NCBI GenBank assembly: GCA_004431415.1
Contig: QPMI01000044.1
Span: 124,001 to 188,000 of the forward strand
Length of the DNA stretch: 64,000 nt
Direction of reading: 5' to 3'
DNA from: Cyanophora paradoxa CCMP329
Taxonomy: Eukaryota; Plantae; Glaucophyta
Under the pieces are notes generated by a model. It saw only the letters and a program-made list of their open reading frames with translations. It was not told the DNA's origin and searched no databases. Position 1 is the first letter of the stretch, and each line of letters begins with the position of its first letter. Shown piece by piece: positions 47,822-64,000 of the stretch. The translations under genes were made by a program, and so were the position numbers.

Positions 47822-49431
47822 TTAGGCATGAGTGTGGCCGTGGCCCTGATCGCCCTTAGCCGCCGCGCGCCGCTCGAGGATCTCATCTGCAGACAGCGAG
47901 AACGTTATAATTAGGAGGCGGAGGAGGCGGATGCGAAGACGTTTTGGAGGCGCGAGCGCGAGGCGCACCGGCGATGTAGTGGTTGACGTCGCGGTGGTTG
48001 ACCTCGTCGGCGCGCGTCGCGACGACGACCTCCCGCAGCGTCGCGTCGGCCGGCAGGCTCCAGTAGTCGATCGCGATCTGTGTACTCGGCGTCAGACAGG
48101 GCTGCAGCTGGCCATGGTAGAAAAAATAGGGGCGGGGGCGGGGGCGGGCCTTGGGGGCGGGGATGTTCTTGATGCGGCCGGCGTCGATCTCGTTGAGGTA
48201 TTGCGTGTACGAGACGACGGCCTCCTCCTCGAGGTACCCCACGAAGCGGTGGCACGTCTTCGGGAAGAAGGCGTACAGGAAGATGTAAAGAGAGGTGAAC
48301 ACAGCCTGGGATATTAAACGAGAGTTTAAGTAAGTAATGCAAGATAACCATTCAAAATGATTAATATTTGAGGTCGGGTTTGGGGCACCTGGACGGCCAT
48401 GACGAGGCCGCGCTCGAAGAGGTTGGGCCTGGCGATCTCCATGAAGACCATCAGGTGCATCCGCTCGTTCTCCGCCTCGTCCAGCATCGTCTGCGCGGGC
48501 AGCGAAGCTTAAGGGTCAGAATGAGCTCGAGCCTAATTATAATTATAAGGTTTACAAGTTGTATTAGAAGTGTAGCACCTGGATGTGGTTGTTGTCGTGC
48601 TGGATATAGCGGAGGGATCGGAGGTGGTTGATCATCGCTGCGGGCGACTGAGTCAGCTGCACGCGCGAGCGCGCGCGGCCGGGCGCGCCGGCGCCGGCGC
48701 CTCGCCGCCTCAGGCGCACCGGAGACGAAGCCGGGGACGCCGGCGACGGTCTCGAGGACGATGGCGCGGTGCCCGTACCGCTGCGCCGGCGCGTGGGCGC
48801 GGGTCAGCGCCCAACTTGGCAAGCTTTCAAGGGCCGGGGCGGGGCGGGGCGGGGTGTACCTTGGAGAAGAGGAGGTCGGCCCAGAAGCGGAGGAACTTGA
48901 CGACGCCCTTGGCCGCCCAGTCCGACGCCCCCTCCGGCGCCACTCGCGTCACCAGGTCCACCTGCCCGCGGCCGCCCGCACGTGAGCACGAGCCGGGCTC
49001 GCGCGAGCCGGGATTGGGGCGGGCGGACCTTGTTCCAGTCCATGTTGGGGGGCAGGTAGGGGCTCACGTGCAGGTGCCCGCCGTCGTGGATCTCCTTCTC
49101 CCGAATCTCCGCCGCCTGCGCCCCGGCGCGCGTCAGCGAAGCTGAGGTCGCGACCCTCGGTGCGCATGCACGTGTCGCACTGCGGCATGCGCGTGCGCAC
49201 CTTGTACGCGGGGAGAGGGAAGGCGGCGGGGCGGCTGGTGCTGAAGGCGCGCGCCGGCTGCCTGAAGAGTGCGCTGGCGCGCCGGAGGCCGAGCGCGGCG
49301 ACGCCGACGGCCAGCGCCGAGGCGCACGCCGGCGCGCACGGCCGCGCGGCCGCGAGCAGCTGGGCGGCGCAGGGGCGGGCCGCGAGGGCGGCGCTTGTGG
49401 AGGCCGCGAGGCCGAGGCGGGCGATCGACAT
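47822..49431 (-). CDS. AOX: Alternative oxidase, paralog 2 (9 exons), inverted relative to paralog 1
   Basis: Same intron positions and motifs as paralog 1 ([34 protein letters not shown]); ends [20 protein letters not shown]. Confidence 0.95.
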
Positions 49432-50849
49432 GGCGGCGGGGCGCTGGACTGGGGCTGCGACCGCAGCGAACTCCGGAGGCGAAGATAGAGAGCCGCTGCT
49501 GCTGCTGCTGAGCGCGCGCAGAGAACGAGTGCGAGGCAGACCGGCGCGGCCGCGGTTTTGTGCGCGCGGCGGTTGGCGACGCTTCGGAAAAGTGCGTCAC
49601 GTCTCCGTGACACGTCGGACTCGGGGGCTCCGAAGAGGGCGAACTTGGCACGAAGCGGCGCGTCGAGTCCGGATCCGTCGACGCCGGGGCGTAAATTAAA
49701 AAAAGGGTGATTAAAAAAACGGCTCCGAAGAGTCCGAAGTTCTCCGACTCGCGAGCTTCCCCGAATTTGAAGCCTCTTTTGAGTCCGAACTGACCCGAAG
49801 CGGCATGAATTCGAATGTTCGGCTCGAGCTCCGACTCGAAGCGGCGCACGTGCACCGTGACGGCTTCACCACCGTGACGCCGTGTGACAGTACACGACTG
49901 GACGTGGGCCGGTGGGCCGTCGCCGACTCGGCGAGTCGACGCCGAGACTGCCGAGTCGCCGAGTCGACGCCGACTCGCCGGCGAGAGTCGCGGGCCCGCG
50001 GCCCGCGGCCGCCCCGGCCGGGCCCGGCGTAGTACCGTAGGGTCCTGGGTCCGTAGTACTGGTACCGTAGTAGTCGCGGGCCTGCAGCTGATTCCGCCGC
50101 CCGACTCGGCGGACTCGCGGTCCGCCGCCGCGGCCGCGGCCCGCGGCCTGGCCAGTGGCCCGCGGGCCGCGGCCGCCGGCCGCCCGCGGCCCGCGCGGCC
50201 GTCGCGCGCCGGTCGCGATCGACGTCACGGCGTCGACGTCACCCACGCGCGCGTGCGCATGCGCCGTCGATCGCCGATCACGCGGTCACGCCGTGACGTC
50301 GACCCGGTGACCGTACGATCGCGGCCGCCCCGGCGGTCCGGCGGCGGACCGGCGGCGGCGGGCCGGCGGCGGGCCGCCGGCGGCGGTGCCCCGCGCGGCG
50401 CGCGGCCGCGAGGCCCGCGACCGTCGGACACCGCCGGGCGTCGATCGGCCGACGCCGTGACGGTCACCCGGGCTCGAGAGCTCACCCCGCGGCCGGGAGC
50501 CCGGCCCGGGCCGGCGCGGCGGCCGGCCGCCGGCGCCGGCCCGGCGGCCGCGGGCAGCCGGCGCGCGGTCGCGATCGCACCGGCCCTGTCGCAGGCCCGG
50601 CCTGGCACGCAGTTGGGCGCGGTTGCCAAGTTGCGCCGCAACTTGGGCGCAGTTGGGCGCAAATTCCCGCCGCGCAATATTACTAAGTTGATTGGGCAGT
50701 TGCCAAGTTGGGCGAAAATTGAACCAGTTGATCATGACTCAGTGAGGCAGTTTCTGCTCAACTGCTCAAACCGCCGCGGCCGGGCGGCAGGCGGTGTCAT
50801 GAATCAATGATCATGAATCATGATACGATTCAATGTCATGATAATATAA

Positions 50850-51266
50850 TTAAAATTTTATAACCCTCATAAAGGCCCCCCCCCCCCCTCCTCCCCCCCC
50901 CCCGGATCCGGATCCGGATTGACAGGGTACCCGCGCGACCATGCATGTGGCCGGGCCGGGGCCGATTGCGAGACGTACGTGTACGACGTGCAGCTGTGTC
51001 CTGGAAATTTGAGATGTACAACTGCCGGCGCCGGCAGCGCGCGCTGCAGTAGCATCGCTACCACAGCTAGCTATATAGCTAACGAGGCTGGAGGCGCCAC
51101 TGCATGACGGCGAGGTCGGCGCCGCCGGTCGTGACGAGGAAGCTGTCGTCGGCGAGGCGCACGCCGGCGCGCACGGCCGCGCGGCCGCGAGCAGCTGGGC
51201 GGCGCAGGGGCGGGCCGCGAGGGCGGCGCTTGTGGAGGCCGCGAGGCCGAGGCGGGCGATCGACAT
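50850..51266 (-). pseudogene. Chimeric ORF: first 38 AOX codons fused out of frame to the EML 3' end and 3' UTR
   Basis: [19 protein letters not shown] is identical to the AOX N-terminus, then switches at CGAGG 51153-51157 to EML-derived sequence. Confidence 0.75.
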
Positions 51267-52670
51267 GGCGGCGGGGCGCTGGACTGGGGCTGCGACCGCA
51301 GCGAACTCCGGAGGCGAAGATAGAGAGCCGCTGCTGCTGCTGCTGAGCGCGCGCAGAGAACGAGTGCGAGGCAGACCGGCGCGGCCGCGGTTTTGTGCGC
51401 GCGGCGGTTGGCGACGCTTCGGAAAAGTGCGTCACGTCTCCGTGACACGTCGGACTCGGGGGCTCCGAAGAGGGCGAACTTGGCACGAAGCGGCGCGTCG
51501 AGTCCGGATCCGTCGACGCCGGGGCGTAAATTAAAAAAAGGGTAATTAAAAAAACGGCTCCGAAGAGTCCGAAGTTCTCCGACTCGCGAGCTTCCCGAAT
51601 TTGAAGCCTCTTTTGAGTCCGAACTGACCCGAAGCGGCATGAATTCGAATGTTCGGCTCGAGCTCCGACTCGAAGCGGCGCACGTGCACCGTGACGGCTT
51701 CACCACCGTGACGCCGTGTGACAGTACACGACTGGACGTGGGCCCGGTGGGCCGTCGCCGACTCGGCGAGTCGACGCCGAGACTGCCGAGTCGCCGAGTC
51801 GACGCCGACTCGCCGGCGAGAGTCGCGGGCCCGCGGCCCGCGGCCGCCCGGCCGGGCCCGGCGTAGTACCGTAGGGTCCTGGGTCCGTAGTACTGGTACC
51901 GTAGTAGTCGCGGGCCTGCAGCTGATTCCGCCGCCCGACTCGGCGGACTCGCGGTCCGCCGCCGCGGCCGCGGCCCGCGGCCTGGCCAGTGGCCCGCGGG
52001 CCGCGGCCGCCGGCCGCCCGCGGCCCGCGCGGCCGTCGCGCGCCGGTCGCGATCGACGTCACGGCGTCGACGTCACCCACGCGCGCGTGCGCATGCGCCG
52101 TCGATCGCCGATCACGCGGTCACGCCGTGACGTCGACCCGGTGACCGTACGATCGCGGCCGCCCCCGGCGGTCCGGCGGCGGACCGGCGGCGGCGGGCCG
52201 GCGGCGGGCCGCCGGCGGCGGTGCCCGCGCGGCGCGCGGCCGCGAGGCCCGCGACCGTCGGACACCGCCGGGCGTCGATCGGCCGACGCCGTGACGGTCA
52301 CCCGGGCTCGAGAGCTCACCCCGCGGCCGGGAGCCCGGCCCGGGCCGGCGCGGCGGCCCGGCCGCCGGCGCCGGCCCGGCGGCCGCGGGCAGCCGGCGCG
52401 CGGTCGCGATCGCACCGGCCCTGTCGCAGGCCCGGCCTGGCACGCAGTTGGGCGCGGTTGCCAAGTTGCGCCGCAACTTGGGCGCAGTTGGGCGCAAATT
52501 CCCGCCGCGCAATATTACTAAGTTGATTGGGCAGTTGCCAAGTTGGGCGAAAATTGAACCAGTTGATCATGACTCAGTGAGGCAGTTTCTGCTCAACTGC
52601 TCAAACCGCCGCGGCCGGGCGGCAGGCGGTGTCATGAATCAATGATCATGAATCATGATACGATTCAATG

Positions 52671-53102
52671 TCATGATAATATAATTAAAATTTTATAACC
52701 CTCATAAAGGCCCCCCCCCCCCCTCCTCCCCCCCCCCCGGATCCGGATCCGGATTGACAGGGTACCCGCGCGACCATGCATGTGGCCGGGCCGGGGGCCG
52801 ATTGCGAGACGTACGTGTACGACGTGCAGCTGTGTCCTGGAAATTTGAGATGTACAACTGCCGGCGCCGGCAGCGCGCGCTGCAGTAGCATCGCTACCAC
52901 AGCTAGCTATATAGCTAACGAGGCTGGAGGCGCCACTGCATGACGGCGAGGTCGGCGCCGCCGGTCGTGACGAGGAAGCTGTCGTCGGCGAGGCGCACGC
53001 CGGCGCGCACGGCCGCGCGGCCGCGAGCAGCTGGGCGGCGCAGGGGCGGGCCGCGAGGGCGGCGCTTGTGGAGGCCGCGAGGCCGAGGCGGGCGATCGAC
53101 AT
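52671..53102 (-). pseudogene. Second chimeric AOX-leader/EML-3' ORF
   Basis: Same junction at 52989-52993. The C-terminus differs from the first chimera because of 1-bp indels. Confidence 0.75.
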
Positions 53103-54751
53103 GGCGGCGGGGCGCTGGACTGGGGCTGCGACCGCAGCGAACTCCGGAGGCGAAGATAGAGAGCCGCTGCTGCTGCTGCTGAGCGCGCGCAGAGAACGAG
53201 TGCGAGGCAGACCGGCGCGGCCGCGGTTTTGTGCGCGCGGCGGTTGGCGACGCTTCGGAAAAGTGCGTCACGTCTCCGTGACACGTCGGACTCGGGGGCT
53301 CCGAAGAGGGCGAACTTGGCACGAAGCGGCGCGTCGAGTCCGGATCCGTCGACGCCGGGGCGTAAATTAAAAAAAGGGTAATTAAAAAAACGGCTCCGAA
53401 GAGTCCGAAGTTCTCCGACTCGCGAGCTTCCCCGAATTTGAAGCCTCTTTTGAGTCCGAACTGACCCGAAGCGGCATGAATTCGAATGTTCGGCTCGAGC
53501 TCCGACTCGAAGCGGCGCACGTGCACCGTGACGGCTTCACCACCGTGACGCCGTGTGACAGTACACGACTGGACGTGGGCCCGGTGGGCCGTCGCCGACT
53601 CGGCGAGTCGACGCCGAGACTGCCGAGTCGCCGAGTCGACGCCGACTCGCCGGCGAGAGTCGCGGGCCCGCGGCCCGCGGCCGCCCCGGCCGGGCCCGGC
53701 GTAGTACCGTAGGGTCCTGGGTCCGTAGTACTGGTACCGTAGTAGTCGCGGGCCTGCAGCTGATTCCGCCGCCCGACTCGGCGGACTCGCGGTCCGCCGC
53801 CGCGGCCGCGGCCCGCGGCCTGGCCAGTGGCCCGCGGGCCGCGGCCGCCGGCCGCCCGCGGCCGCGCGGCCGTCGCGCGCCGGTCGCGATCGACGTCACG
53901 GCGTCGACGTCACCCACGCGCGCGTGCGCATGCGCCGTCGATCGCCGATCACGCGGTCACGCCGTGACGTCGACCCGGTGACCGTACGATCGCGGCCGCC
54001 CCCGGCGGTCCGGCGGCGGACCGGCGGCGGCGGGCCGGCGGCGGGCCGCCGGCGGCGGTGCCCCGCGCGGCGCGCGGCCGCGAGGCCCGCGACCGTCGGA
54101 CACCGCCGGGCGTCGATCGGCCGACGCCGTGACGGTCACCCGGGCTCGAGAGCTCACCCGCGGCCGGGAGCCCGGCCCGGGCCGGCGCGGCGGCCCGGCC
54201 GCCGGCGCCGGCCCGGCGGCCGCGGGCAGCCGGCGCGCGGTCGCGATCGCACCGGCCCTGTCGCAGGCCCGGCCTGGCACGCAGTTGGGCGCGGTTGCCA
54301 AGTTGCGCCGCAACTTGGGCGCAGTTGGGCGCAAATTCCCGCCGCGCAATATTACTAAGTTGATTGGGCAGTTGCCAAGTTGGGCGAAAATTGAACCAGT
54401 TGATCATGACTCAGTGAGGCAGTTTCTGCTCAACTGCTCAAACCGCCGCGGCCGGGCGGCAGGCGGTGTCATGAATCAATGATCATGAATCATGATACGA
54501 TTCAATGTCATGATAATATAATTAAAATTTTATAACCCTCATAAAGGCCCCCCCCCCCCTCCTCCCCCCCCCCCCGGATCCGGATCCGGATTGACAGGGT
54601 ACCCGCGCGACCATGCATGTGGCCGGGCCGGGGGCCGATTGCGAGACGTACGTGTACGACGTGCAGCTGTGTCCTGGAAATTTGAGATGTACAACTGCCG
54701 GCGCCGGCAGCGCGCGCTGCAGTAGCATCGCTACCACAGCTAGCTATATAG

Positions 54752-64000
<9,249 letters not shown>

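Noticed and set aside
49800-49825. Heat-shock element (GAAnnTTC) upstream of AOX2
   Set aside because: Only two correctly spaced units occur, within a block already rich in CGAA/TTCG words, so it cannot be told from background.

Overview
Eukaryotic nuclear DNA: very GC-rich and dense in short spliceosomal introns with CTRAC-like branch points. It is consistent with an alga or protist, but the taxon cannot be assigned from this window. Recognisable genes are an F-box/LRR gene, a peroxisomal alanine/serine-glyoxylate aminotransferase (PTS1 -SRM), two inverted paralogous alternative oxidases (AOX), and the 3' part of an EML5/6-like HELP-WD40 gene. About half the window is a cluster of five large, spliced, mosaic paralogs (copies 1-5). 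Each has an AP2/ERF-like domain, low-complexity linkers, 0, 1 or 2 copies of a module resembling the plant STAT-like/CudA DNA-binding core, and a conserved unidentified C-terminal domain. This looks like a locally expanded, domain-shuffling transcription-factor family that I cannot match to a named family. Structural turnover is heavy: a ~9 kb inverted duplication (AOX plus one family copy), a 1.84 kb triplication joined at a 5-bp microhomology that creates AOX-leader chimeric mini-genes, a 12x94-bp array derived from a gene 3' end, and many GC-AG introns. Exon boundaries were read by eye, 5' ends of the family copies are approximate, and domain calls come from motif recognition rather than database searches. 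Most long ORFs in the supplied track are GC-rich shadow frames.
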